Assembly: GCA_029267755.1 (NCBI GenBank)
Contig: JAJUHS010000001.1
Span: 1-58,089, forward strand
Direction: 5' to 3'
DNA from: Clostridiales bacterium
GTDB taxonomy: Bacteria; Bacillota; Clostridia; Oscillospirales; Oscillospiraceae
Length of the DNA: 58,089 bases
The notes beneath the pieces are model-generated. The model made no database searches. It saw nothing but the letters and a program-made list of their open reading frames with translations, and was not told the origin of the DNA. Shown piece by piece: positions 41,063 through 52,500 of this stretch (position 1 is the first letter of the stretch; the number at the start of each line of letters is the position of its first letter). The translations under genes and the position numbers were made by a program.

Positions 41063-42823
41063 TTAGAACAGGCCGCTGACCTTGCCCGTCTCGACGTCGA
41101 CGTCAATGCGGCGGTAAGCCGGGTCGGAGCTGGTTCCGGGCATCATGCTTATGCTTCCGGCCATCGGGCAAAGGAACTTTGCGCCGCCGTAGACGAGGAT
41201 GTCTCTTATCGGCAGCCTCCAGCCCTTCGGAACGCCCTTCCATGTCGGCTCATGCGAGAGGCTAAGGTGGGTTTTAACCATCATGGTGCTGAAGTCGGCG
41301 TAATAGGGATCTGACTCGAAGCGCTCGGCCTTTTCAACTGCAAGCGGCGCCCAGTCGACGCCGTCGGCGCCGTATATCTCCGTTGCAATGCGCTCTACGC
41401 GCTGGCGGAGCGGCATCTCGAGGGGATAGAGGAACTTGAGATCCACAGGCTCTTCGCAGGCTTCGACAACAGCCTGAGCAAGCTCAATTGCGCCTTCGCC
41501 GCCATACTGCCAGTGCTCGGAAAGGGCGCAGCGTACACCCTGCTCGGCGCAGAGCCTCCTGACAAGCGCGATTTCGGCGTCCGTATCGGTGAAGAACTTA
41601 TTGATGCAGACGACGGGCTTAATGCCGGATTTCTTGACGTTGTTTACATGGTGGAACAGGTTTGCGCAGCCTTTTTCGAGCAGCTCGAGGTTCTCCTCCT
41701 TATATTCGGTGGGCAGGGGCTTGCCGGGAACGACAGCCGGGCCACCGCCGTGCATTTTGAGCGCGCGGATGGTTGCGACGACAACAGATACGTTGGGTGT
41801 AAGTCCGGAGAGTCGGGCCTTAACGTTCCAGAACTTCTCAAATCCAATGTCGGCGGCAAAGCCTGACTCTGTTACATGGTAATCGAACATCTTGAGGCCG
41901 AGGCGGTCGCCGATGATCGACGACTGTCCAATAGCGATGTTAGCAAAGGGACCTGCGTGTACGAGGCAAGGCTGATGCTCAACGGTGTAGCAGAGGGTCG
42001 GGTTTATGGTGTTGCGCATCCATGCGCACATCGCACCGTCAACCTCAAGATCCTTTGTCGTAATGGGATTGCCCTTCTTGTCATAGGCAAGAATGATCTT
42101 GCCGATACGCTCGCGGAGATCCTTAAGGTCGGTCGCGACGGCGAGAATTGCCATCAGCTCCGAACCGACGGCGATTCCGAACTTGGAATCCATCTCGAAA
42201 CCGTCCTTGTCGCCAGCGCCCATGCCGATGCGTATCTTGCGGAGGCACTGCGCGCAGAAGTCGATAACCCAGCCGAACTCGACGCGTTCGGGATCGATAT
42301 CTAACCTTCTCAGGCCGCGCTTTGCAAGCTGTTCGTCGGTATAGTTGCGCTCGTGCTGCATACGGGCGTTAAGCGCAACCATAGCAAGGTTGTGCGCGTT
42401 CATGATATCGTTTATGTCGCCCGTAAGTCCGAGGGAGAACTCGGTCATGGGCATCAGCAGGGCATTTCCGCCGCCTGCCGCGGTTCCCTTGACGTTCATT
42501 GTCGGTCCGCCGGAGGGCTGACGCAGACAGCCGCCTACGTTCTTTCCGAGCTTTCCAAGGCCTTCAATCAGACCGAGGGAGGTGGTGGACTTGCCTTCGC
42601 CAAGGGGAGTCGGCGTGATAGCGGTGACTTCTATGAATTTTCCGTTGGGCTTATCCTTCAGACGCTTCATAATCTTAAGGAAGTCAAGTTTCGGAGTTTT
42701 GCCATATGGTATGATCTCGTCGGGAAGAAGCCCCATCTTTTCGCGGAAAAAGTCTACGCTTGGAAGGGTTTTTTCCGCTTCCTCGGCGATTTGCCAGTCT
42801 TTGTATACCGTTGGGTCAAGCAC
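41063..42823 (-). CDS. fhs: Formate--tetrahydrofolate ligase
   Basis: [35 protein letters not shown]. Confidence 0.96.
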   Translation of the reverse strand: MLDPTVYKDWQIAEEAEKTLPSVDFFREKMGLLPDEIIPYGKTPKLDFLKIMKRLKDKPNGKFIEVTAITPTPLGEGKSTTSLGLIEGLGKLGKNVGGCLRQPSGGPTMNVKGTAAGGGNALLMPMTEFSLGLTGDINDIMNAHNLAMVALNARMQHERNYTDEQLAKRGLRRLDIDPERVEFGWVIDFCAQCLRKIRIGMGAGDKDGFEMDSKFGIAVGSELMAILAVATDLKDLRERIGKIILAYDKKGNPITTKDLEVDGAMCAWMRNTINPTLCYTVEHQPCLVHAGPFANIAIGQSSIIGDRLGLKMFDYHVTESGFAADIGFEKFWNVKARLSGLTPNVSVVVATIRALKMHGGGPAVVPGKPLPTEYKEENLELLEKGCANLFHHVNNVKKSGIKPVVCINKFFTDTDAEIALVRRLCAEQGVRCALSEHWQYGGEGAIELAQAVVEACEEPVDLKFLYPLEMPLRQRVERIATEIYGADGVDWAPLAVEKAERFESDPYYADFSTMMVKTHLSLSHEPTWKGVPKGWRLPIRDILVYGGAKFLCPMAGSISMMPGTSSDPAYRRIDVDVETGKVSGLF

Positions 42824-42891
42824 GTTTGTTTCTCTCCTTTATATTTGTTTTTGGTTTGCGCCTTGTATAATAAATTTTAATTGCGCCAAAA

Positions 42892-43893
42892 TTATTGTTG
42901 CCTATTTTCCTCGGAATCGTCAGGACGAACATTCTCAGACTCCGCCGGCGTGCCATCCGCCGTATCCTCTCCGGCGTTAACGTTATTCTCTCCCGCTTTA
43001 CTGTCGGAGCTGTCGCCGTCTATTTCCCCGTTTCCGGGCTTCATGGTTGCGGCGCCGGCTTTGTTCTTGGAATATACATACATCTTAGCAGGATCCGGCT
43101 TTTTGAATCTGAAATACAACAAAAGTCCTGCCGCCGCGACGAACGAAATGGCCGCTAGAAGCTGTGATACTCGTATTCCTGTGCCAAAAAGGTAAAGGCT
43201 ATCGGTACGAAGCCCTTCTATAATCGCCCTTCCGAAGCCATACCACGCAACATAAAGCAGGAATATTTGCCCGTCGTACTTTCGTTTTTTTCTGAAAAAG
43301 AAATGGAGTATTATTAAACCCAGCACGTTCCATAATGATTCGTAAAGGAATGTCGGATGATAATATGTTGTGCCGTATTTTGTTACAAGCCCCATTTTCC
43401 ATGGCAGAGCCGTCTCGGAACCGAAGGCCTCCCTGTTTATAAAATTCCCCCAACGCCCGATGGCCTGCCCGATCAAGAGGCCAAAGGAGCCGACATCCAG
43501 CACTGGCAGCATAGGGATTTTCTTTACCCTGCTGTAAATAAAAACTCCCAAAATGCCGCCCAAAATACCCCCGTATATTGCAAGACCGCCGCTTCGTATT
43601 TTAAAGATTTCCAGCAGGTTGTCCCGGTACTCGGAAAAATTGAAAATAACATAGTATAGTCTTGCGCAGACAACCGCAAGCGGCACCGATATTATCAACA
43701 TATCGATAATATTGTCTGAGGTCAAACCGTATTCCCCGGCGTAGTGGGTTACATACAGCACGGCAATTAAAAATCCAAACGCTATTATCGCGCCGTACCA
43801 GTAAAACTCATGACCGAATAAAATATATGAACTGCTTGGGTTAAGTCTGAAGTTTTCGCCAAGCATCGGAAACGTAATCGTTGCTCCCGGCAT
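42892..43893 (-). CDS. lgt: Prolipoprotein diacylglyceryl transferase
   Basis: WYG, GRWGNFINREAFG, HPTFLYES; acidic C-terminal tail. Confidence 0.95.
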   Translation of the reverse strand: MPGATITFPMLGENFRLNPSSSYILFGHEFYWYGAIIAFGFLIAVLYVTHYAGEYGLTSDNIIDMLIISVPLAVVCARLYYVIFNFSEYRDNLLEIFKIRSGGLAIYGGILGGILGVFIYSRVKKIPMLPVLDVGSFGLLIGQAIGRWGNFINREAFGSETALPWKMGLVTKYGTTYYHPTFLYESLWNVLGLIILHFFFRKKRKYDGQIFLLYVAWYGFGRAIIEGLRTDSLYLFGTGIRVSQLLAAISFVAAAGLLLYFRFKKPDPAKMYVYSKNKAGAATMKPGNGEIDGDSSDSKAGENNVNAGEDTADGTPAESENVRPDDSEENRQQ

Positions 43894-45173
43894 TATTTTC
43901 CCCCCTTTGAAGGACGTATGACCGACAGCGCAAGCTTTTCAGGCGACAAGCTACTTCCGATAAATTCCACAATGTCACCGGCGGTGATTTCTTCCATAAT
44001 TTTAATATTGTCCATTGGGTCGTAATCTTCAAAATGCCCTGTCATTTGTCTGTTGCATATAAGATAAAGCGAATTTAAAGCTCTGATCTCCTCTCCGAGA
44101 GCTGCCTTTTTTAGCCTTTGATACAGAGCCTTGTCCGGCCCCTTCGACGCAATTTTCGCGGCTTCCTCCATAACAGCCTCACATACGGCGTCGGGATTTC
44201 TGCTTTCCCCGCCCACTATGGCCGCCGCCCCGTCAGGGAAGAAGGTCGTACCGCCGAAAAATGAACTGTTAATAAGTCCCTCGGCATAAAGCCTGGCATA
44301 AAGAGGCGTCGATTTCCCGAGCAAAAGGTTCATGGCGAAGTCTCCCAGCAGCTCATTTCTCTGCCGATCCTTTCCTCTAAGCCCGCCGCCGAGCTTTGTG
44401 CCCGCCATGAACAGAGGAACCGCAACCTCCATTGCCTCCTCGGTTTTGGCAGAAGCGGGGAACTGCTGCTCCTTTGCGCCATAATCCCTCACGGCGACCT
44501 CGCTTTTGGCTTTTGGCAAAATTTCCTCCGCGACTGACCCTACGATCTGCGGATCAACATCTCCGGCAACGCAAAGCACCATGTTCGAAGGATTGTAAAA
44601 GGCCTCGTGACAATAATAAAGCGTCTGCGCAGTAATTTGCGCTATACTGTCAACCGTACCCGCAATGGAATCGCGTATCGGATTATAAGCGTAAAGCGAT
44701 CTGAAAAGGTTCTGAAAGACCTTATGCTGAGGGTTGTCCTCAGTCATTCTTATCTCCTGAGCGATTATTCCCTGCTCCTTTGAAACGCTTTCGTCGGTAA
44801 AATACGGCTCGGATACAAAGCGGAGCAGAATTCTGAGATTGGCTTCAAAGTTCTCGGTACACTCAAAATGATAGGCCGTGATTCCGGAGCTTGTAAACGC
44901 ATTGGGCGACGCGCCGTTTGCCGACAGGGCGGCCAGAGCGTTGCCATCCTTTTTGTCGAACATCTTATGTTCGAGGAAGTGTGCGACTCCGGCGGGAGTG
45001 TCATGCCACTCGCCCTTAAGCTTAAACCTTCTGTCCGAGCCGCCGTAGTTTACGCCGAAGAACGCAACCTTTTTGAAAAATCCCTTTTTGGGTATTACAT
45101 ATATAGCCAGACCGTTCGGCAGAGTGTCGAACAATACCTGTTCGCCGATATTTTCATACTTGCGCAGCTCCAT
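43893..45173 (-). CDS. M16 family zinc peptidase (YmfH-like)
   Basis: GVAHFLEHKMF inverted zinc motif, NAFTS. Confidence 0.92.
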   Translation of the reverse strand: MELRKYENIGEQVLFDTLPNGLAIYVIPKKGFFKKVAFFGVNYGGSDRRFKLKGEWHDTPAGVAHFLEHKMFDKKDGNALAALSANGASPNAFTSSGITAYHFECTENFEANLRILLRFVSEPYFTDESVSKEQGIIAQEIRMTEDNPQHKVFQNLFRSLYAYNPIRDSIAGTVDSIAQITAQTLYYCHEAFYNPSNMVLCVAGDVDPQIVGSVAEEILPKAKSEVAVRDYGAKEQQFPASAKTEEAMEVAVPLFMAGTKLGGGLRGKDRQRNELLGDFAMNLLLGKSTPLYARLYAEGLINSSFFGGTTFFPDGAAAIVGGESRNPDAVCEAVMEEAAKIASKGPDKALYQRLKKAALGEEIRALNSLYLICNRQMTGHFEDYDPMDNIKIMEEITAGDIVEFIGSSLSPEKLALSVIRPSKGGK

Positions 45174-45175
45174 AA

Positions 45176-46462
45176 TCAGGCGCTCCTTTCCGCGTTTTCG
45201 ATGAAGTAAACGCTGTCAAGCCTGACGCTGTTCGCAACGGCAACGACCTCTTCCGCGGACACCTCTGAAACCAGCGATGCCAGCAAATCCGGAGTGCATG
45301 AAGTAGAATCGAGAGCTTGCCCAAGGTAATAATTTTCAAGCTGCGTCTGATCGTCCATCAGAGAGTTCAAATCGGTAACAACGCTTTTTTTTGCATTCGA
45401 AAGCTCGTCTGCGGTGATCTGTCCCTGCCTGCAAAGCTCCATCTGGTGCAGAATCTCTTTAAGGGCGTCGTCGTATTTGTCAACTTCAATTCCCGAGTAA
45501 ACAAAAAGAAGGCCCTTATGACGCTCTATGCGTGAGCTTGCGTAATAGCAGAGCGAAAGTCTTTCTCGGACGTTTGTAAAAAGCTTCGATGTGACGGAGC
45601 CGCCGTAAACCGCATTAAACACCATAATCGGAGCCAGAGCGGGCCTTCGCATTATTTCTCCGAGCCTGAAGCCCAGAGCAAGCTTTCCCTGAGTTACGTC
45701 CAAGCTGTCTTTAAAGTAACGGACGTCTCCGGTTTCGGTTTTAACATCGGTGGAAGCGACAGCGAAACCGTTTTGAGTTCTCGGGAGCGTTCCAAGGGCG
45801 CCGAGCATAGCCGTTTCGATACGTTTCCTATCGGCGCTGCCGCAGTAGAAAATCTCGATGGCAGCGCCCTCGAGAATACGGCGGTAATGCTCAGTAAGAG
45901 TCTGCGGAGTAATCTTCATGGAATCGTCGGCGTTGCCGAGGCTGTCGACCGAGTACGCCTCGCCAGAACACATAAGCTCGTTTAACCGGGTTGCTGCATA
46001 AAGCTGCTTGTCGTTTATCCTCGCCCTGATTCTGTCCGAAAGGTTCTCCCGCTCACTTTTTACATAGTCCGAATTAAAAATTCCGGCCTTTGTAGCGGGA
46101 AAGAGCAGTATCTGTCCAATCAGCTCCGCAACCTTTTCGAGCAGCTTTTCACCCTTCGGGACAAAGGCATCATCCACAAAATCGGCGTAAAGGCCGACGC
46201 ACTGCACCTCGCCCTTTTTCCGTACGACGGGCTCGATCCTCGCGCCGTAAAGCTCATCCATTGCGGCCGATAGGCTTTCCATGTCAGGATATCGGGCGCA
46301 CCCCCTCAGCAGCACCTGGGGCAGCAGAGCGTTTTTTGCAGCATTTTCACTCTCAAGCTGCAATTTAAACGTAACACTTATGCAACCGGTCTTGAACTTC
46401 TTTGTTGTAATGCTGGTCAGGCTGACCTGTGGGAGTATTTCTTTCCTGATCGCGGTCTCCAT
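45176..46462 (-). CDS. M16 family inactive peptidase subunit (YmfF-like)
   Basis: KKFKT, SKLFTNVRERLSLCYYASS; no HxxEH; paired with YmfH-like gene. Confidence 0.9.
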   Translation of the reverse strand: METAIRKEILPQVSLTSITTKKFKTGCISVTFKLQLESENAAKNALLPQVLLRGCARYPDMESLSAAMDELYGARIEPVVRKKGEVQCVGLYADFVDDAFVPKGEKLLEKVAELIGQILLFPATKAGIFNSDYVKSERENLSDRIRARINDKQLYAATRLNELMCSGEAYSVDSLGNADDSMKITPQTLTEHYRRILEGAAIEIFYCGSADRKRIETAMLGALGTLPRTQNGFAVASTDVKTETGDVRYFKDSLDVTQGKLALGFRLGEIMRRPALAPIMVFNAVYGGSVTSKLFTNVRERLSLCYYASSRIERHKGLLFVYSGIEVDKYDDALKEILHQMELCRQGQITADELSNAKKSVVTDLNSLMDDQTQLENYYLGQALDSTSCTPDLLASLVSEVSAEEVVAVANSVRLDSVYFIENAERSA

Positions 46463-46559
46463 TTTATGCAACCCTTCCCATATTCCAGATTCATTCTACT
46501 ACATGAAAATTTTTATAAATAGAACAATTTAAATGATTTTTTGTAATTGATTCTAAATT

Positions 46560-49500
46560 TTACTTGTCTATCTCTACAAATATATCATGTTTCCCATTAT
46601 AATGGTATAAGTTTATTTCTTTTTCAGGATTTATTTTCCCGTCGACAGTTACCGATCTTCTTCCGGTTTTTTTGACCGTTATATTGAATTCACCTTTGTC
46701 CGTCCGCCATACGGCGCCGAAGCCGTCCCACGAATCTGGAAGCGCGGGTTCAATTTTCAGTTTTCCACCGCGAAGCTTCAGTCCGAGCAGCTCCTCCTCG
46801 ACCGTACGGAAGTACCATGCCGCCGCGCCCGTATACCAGTTCCATCCTGCGCGCCCGATATGCTGCGGATTTGAATAAACGTCCGCCGCGAGGACAAATG
46901 GCTCTGCCTTGTATATTTTCTGCTCATGCCCCGCCGGAAGAAGCGTTTTCAGCATTTCCCATCCCTCGTTATTAAGCCCCGTTTTAAGGCAGCCCATAGC
47001 AAGCCAAACCGCCGCATGGGTATACTGCCCTCCGTTTTCACGCACTCCAGGAACGTATCCTCTTATATATCCGGGATCGCTGCTTTCTCCCGAAAACGGA
47101 GGAGTAAAGAGCTTTATTATGCCGTTTTGCCGGTCGAGCAGCCGGTCGACAGCACTTTTTATGCCTGTTTCACACCTTTCCCTGTTGGAATACTTTGTCC
47201 ACGTTGAAAAGCTCTGCGCGATCGAATCTATTTCGCACTCGCCGTCGCCGGAGGCGCCAAGCGGCTTTCCGTCGTCAAAGTAGGCTCTTATGAACCACTT
47301 GCCGTCCCACGCGCCGTTTGCGGCCGAAGCAAAGGATTCGGCAGTCCTTTCGTAATGCTCCGCGAGCTCTTTTTCGCCAAGAGCGGTGCACAGTTCCGCA
47401 AAGCGCTCCAATACGTGAGCCGCGAACCATGAAAGCCAGACGCTTTCTCCCTTTCCTCCGATTCCCAGCCTGTCAAAGCCGTCGTTCCAATCGCCGGTGC
47501 CTATAAGGTTCAGTCCATGTTCGCCCGTACCGCGCGAAATAACCATATCGAGCGCTCGCCTTGCGTGGTCGAACACGCTCTCGAATACACCGCTCCTGCC
47601 CGGAAGCTCATAGCGCTCCGTTTCACCGGCTTTTAAAACCGGAGATGTTATATATTCCGCCTCGACATTGCAGAACCCAAGATCCCCCGTAACTCTGCAA
47701 AAGCGGCAAAGTGCGTAAGGCAGCCACAGAAGGTCGTCGCTGCATCTTGTCCGCACTCCCTTGTCGCACTGCTCGGAAAGCAGGTTTGGATGCCACCAAT
47801 GCTGCACATCTCCCTCAACGTACTGATGCTCGCATGCCCTTATTATCTGCTCTTTCGCAATATCAGGGTAGTGCTGAACTATGCATGACACGTCCTGAAG
47901 CTGATCCCTGAAGCCGTAGGCCCCGCCGTTCTGGTACATTGAGGTTCTCCCTAGTATCCGGGAGGCGAGGGCTTGATACAGCGCCCAGCCGTTCATATAC
48001 TTATTAAGGTTGTCATCCGGAGTCCGCACCGATATTGCGCCAAGCTTTTCGAGCCAAAATTTCTTTGTCCTTCGGAGCGCGTCCTCCGCTCTTTCGAGTT
48101 CAAGATAATCCTTGATTTTTTCCTTATCCTCGCAGCCGGATATGATAACCGCGGCATCACGGAGCTTGAAATCCGCGGAAACGCAGGAAACGGTCCGCGA
48201 CATTGAGCTTGAATCGGCAAAATCAATAAGCTTTTCCGAAAACGCCGTAATATGCCTAATTTCGGGAAACTCAAGATTGCCCCTGTTTTCGGCTATTATA
48301 AGCCCGTCTTGCAGTTCTATCCTTGTCCCGTTCTGAACGGTATCCGCCCCCAGCACAATATCGGTAAAATAATTGATCTTCTCTATTTCATGGCCGTTTT
48401 CAGCCTTTATTATCAATATCCGCGTATCGGAATCAGGCGGCACAAAGGCGGTTGTCCGGATTTTTGCCCCGTTTATCTCCTTTTCCCACTCGGTAAATCC
48501 GAATCCGAATGTGATGCGGCAGCTTTGGCCGTCCGCGTCCGCGAAAACGGAATAAGCCCTGCCGTCGACAAAAGCGCATATGCGTTCCGTACCGTCCGTG
48601 GCGAGAAGGTCGTTCTGCCAGACGTTTATTTTGTTTTCCCTTGCGTTCTTATACCACATATGGCCGGTGCCGCAGTCCGAGGAAATATATCCGAAGCTTC
48701 CGTTAGTCAGAATATTGCTCCATGACACTTGGGGCAGAGCGCCGCAGGTATTGATAACCAGGCTGCCGTCATCCTCGTAATGCAGCTCGACGCTTTCCGA
48801 GGATCTCAGTTCCTCCTTCCAGAAACGGTACTCGCGCGGGACTTCCGGCACTTCATACTGCTTTTCACTCTTTTCAGAACAATAGATCACTTTAGACGAT
48901 GCGCAAATAAGCTCGCCTAGGTTTCCGGCATCCACCACATATATTCCGTTCCCGATTTCACACTCCAGGCCAAGCTCCCTTAAAACTCCGGAGATCATGG
49001 TTTTGACCGGCCTGCGGTAATCCCCGCCGTCATTCGTCACAAACACGAGATCGCTTTTTATACCGCTGCGCCTTAGTATCATGTGGCTTCTCAAAAGCTT
49101 TCTCGCTTTTTCCGAGCAGTCCTCCTTATCCGCCACTACGGTAATAATGGGAATATCCCCGGATATGCCCATCCTCCAAAGCGCCTCTCTCGCACCCGTG
49201 GCCTGCTTTTCGCTTCCTTTATAATTCTCCCTTTTGAAAATCATTGTCTTAAGCAGCTCCATGGCGGAGGCGATATCGTGTGCATCGCCGCACAAGCTTT
49301 TCGCCGCTTCCTCTACCCTGTTCGCGGCGCAGTTTGCCGGAAGCTTCAATATGCCGGAAACGGCGGAAACCGCTTTGTCCGCGTTATCGTCCGCACAGAG
49401 CGCAAATCGGACATGCTCTTCCTCCGAGGGTTTGATTTGAATCTTCACTCTGACCAGAACGCAGGGATCCAGAACCGCGCCGAGCGTATTGCCGGCCGGG

Positions 49501-52500
49501 CGGTTCAGCGCATTTTTTAAGCTTCTTTCTCCGCCGCGCCCGAGCGCCGCCTCCTTCATTGTGTCGAAGCACATCTCTCCGTCGCAGGCAAATGCGGCGC
49601 AGGAACTGCGTTTTTTGCCGCTGGCTCGCCTTTTTATCACAATTGCCCCGTCCCTCAGCTCCGTTTCTATCCCAAGCTTTGAGAATGCGGGATGGGCGTA
49701 GTAGTCGTTCCTTTTCGCCAGAACCGGCTCAAAGTAGCAGACGAGCTCGGCTTCCATTGTTTTATTCTGCAGATTCCTTATTGAGACGGTTCGCAGTTCT
49801 CCGCTTTCCTCGGGTGCAACCCTTACGCTGACGCAGGATATGAAATCCCGCCTTTTTGAGCGGATCTCGCCGAAGCGGTCGGTAAATTTATATGAAAACT
49901 CTGCCTCTCCGCTGAAGTCCGGCGCCGGCAAAAGAGAATATGCTCCGCTTTCGGTTTTCAGATAAAAACTCATGCCCTGCGACGCGCCGAAATAAGTCCC
50001 GTCGAACCTCGTGACCAGCATATCTCCGAACATGCTTCTGCTTGCTCCGGCCTCTGAAAGTGCTACGGTATAGGCTCCGTTTGAAAGCAGAGTGCAGGCA
50101 GGATCATTCGCGTTTACGCCCTCTCCCGATATGTTGAGGCCCTGCCATGCGATTATTCTCGGCTTGTCGGGCACCTCTCTCGAAGTCTTTTTGAGCACTA
50201 TCTGCCCTATTGGCACCTTTTCCTGAAGCAGCTCCGAATACGCCGCCATTTCCCTGTCACGCATGAAGCGCTTTTGCATTATGCCGTCGTTTACCGCGTT
50301 GTCGGCGGCTACTATGCTCATTCCGAGGTGATGGGCCATAAAGCACCTTACCACCTCGTACTTCTTTCCTAGCTGTCTCGCAGGAGTAAAGTCCGCAGCC
50401 TCATAAAAGCCGTATCGCCCCTCCATACCCATCTGCGCCAGCTTTTTAAGATTTTTCACCGCACTTTTCGGTGAAAGCTGCAGCGCGAGGAAGGTCGAGT
50501 ACGGCGATATGACACAGTCCTTGTCCTGTCCGCGTTTAAGCGCAAGACGCGCAGCTCCGTGCGCCTTATACTGATAGTTCAGGTTCGGGTCGAAGGAGTA
50601 AAAAGCGCTCTCCGACATTCCCCAGGGGCTGAATGTTTTTTGCTGGACATAAATGCAGAACTTCATGCTCTCGTACAGCAGTGAGTTTTCATAGCAGGGC
50701 ATTATAAGGTTCGGCATAAGGTATTCGAACATCGTGCCGGTCCATGACGCCATGCCGCTGAAGTTGTCCTTGGATACGAGCGCCCTGCCCAGCCGTCTCC
50801 AATGCTTTTTTGTTACCTGCCCCTTTGCTATTGCAAGATAGCTCGTCTGCCTTGCCTCGCTCGCCATAAGATCGTACCAGCCCTTTGTCGGTGTGCCGTC
50901 CGCTTCAATTCCTATATAAAACAACTGTCTTTCATCGTCGAAAAGAAGCTTGAAATCCATGGCGTCGGCCAGCCTGTCCGCTCTCTCGGCGAGGTTTTTA
51001 AATTCCTCGCCGCGTTCGAGCAGCGCTTCGCGCAGCACGATCAGGGCTCCCGCCAGGTTTCCGCTGTCAACCGCGGAAATATACGGCGGTTCGAGAGGCC
51101 GGAGCGTCTTTGAATCGTACCAGTTGTAGAGATGCCCGTTCCATTTCGGCAGCTTTTCGATCGTTTCCAGAATGTTCTCAATCAGCGCCGGGGCGTTTTC
51201 GGAACCGCTGAGTCCCATATCCATTGCCGCCTGAGCGGAAAGCAGAGCAAGCCCGATATTTGTCGGCGATGTGCGCTCCGCCGCGCCGACATAGGGCTGT
51301 TCCTGATAGTTATCAGGCGGCAGGTAGTTGTTTTCGGGTCCCGTAAGTTCGCTGAAGTAGCGCCATATATCGTTTGCCGCCCTCACGATAAAGAGGCGGT
51401 CTTCAACCGACAAGGTGCGCTTATTGATTTTTTCGACGCTCAGGCTCAGGGCGCAGACCGGCGAAATCAGCCAGACAATGCCAACCGCGGTGCCGGCGGC
51501 CCATCTTGAAAACAAAACGGCAAGCAGCCCCAGAAGCATCGCCGCGTACATTTTCCGGCAGTAAGAGAGGATATTGTCGCAACTGTGTTTTTCGCTTTCG
51601 GCTGCGGTAACCCATGAAAGAAGGTTTTTCTTTGAAACATACATTCGATAAAGCGCGGTAACTATCGCATGAAAGCATATATACGCCTGGTAAGGCAGAA
51701 AAACCAGCTGCAGAAGCGTTTGTGTCAGCGCAGCCCCGAAGCCTGATATTATTGTAGAATGATATTTGGCCTTGCCGCTTATATCTCTCCTAAACACAAG
51801 CTCCGCCGAGGAAATAAGAAGCGCCGAAACGGCGGAAAGTATCGCCACGGAAGCCGCGACAGCAAAATCCTTGCTAGATGTAAGCATGCCGATGTAAACC
51901 GCGGCAAAGGTGAAAATCGGAACCGTGCTGCGGCGCAGATTGTCGAATATCTTCCATCGGTTTACCTGATTTAAAGGATTTTTCACCAGTCTCCCGTTTC
52001 CGTCCGGAACATAGGCGCGAAGCCAGCGGATAAGCTGCCAGTCACCCCTCGTCCATCGATGCAGGCGCTCGTAATACGAGGATATCTTATACGGATATCC
52101 GTCTGTGAATTCCACATCTCCAGCAAAGCCGGCACGCAGATAAGCCCCCTCCAAAAGGTCGTGTGAAAGTATCAGGTTTTCCGGGAGGCGATTTTCAAGA
52201 CAGACACGGTAGGCTTCCACATTGATTATGCCCTTGCCCATGAAGCTGCCCTCGTCAAAAAGGTCGTTATAAACGTCGCCCGCCGTGTTCCCGTAAGGGT
52301 CAATACCGCCCTGTCCCGCGAAAAGCCTTGTAAAATCGGACCTGTTTGCGGCTTTGAGGTCAACCGATACTCTCGGCTGCAGTATTGCGTGTCCCGACGT
52401 GACTACCCTTTTTTGAGCATCGATTTCGGCTTTATTCAGTGGATGAAGCATTGCACCGACAAGTTCGCGAGCCGTACTTACGCCAAGTCTGGTATCGCTG

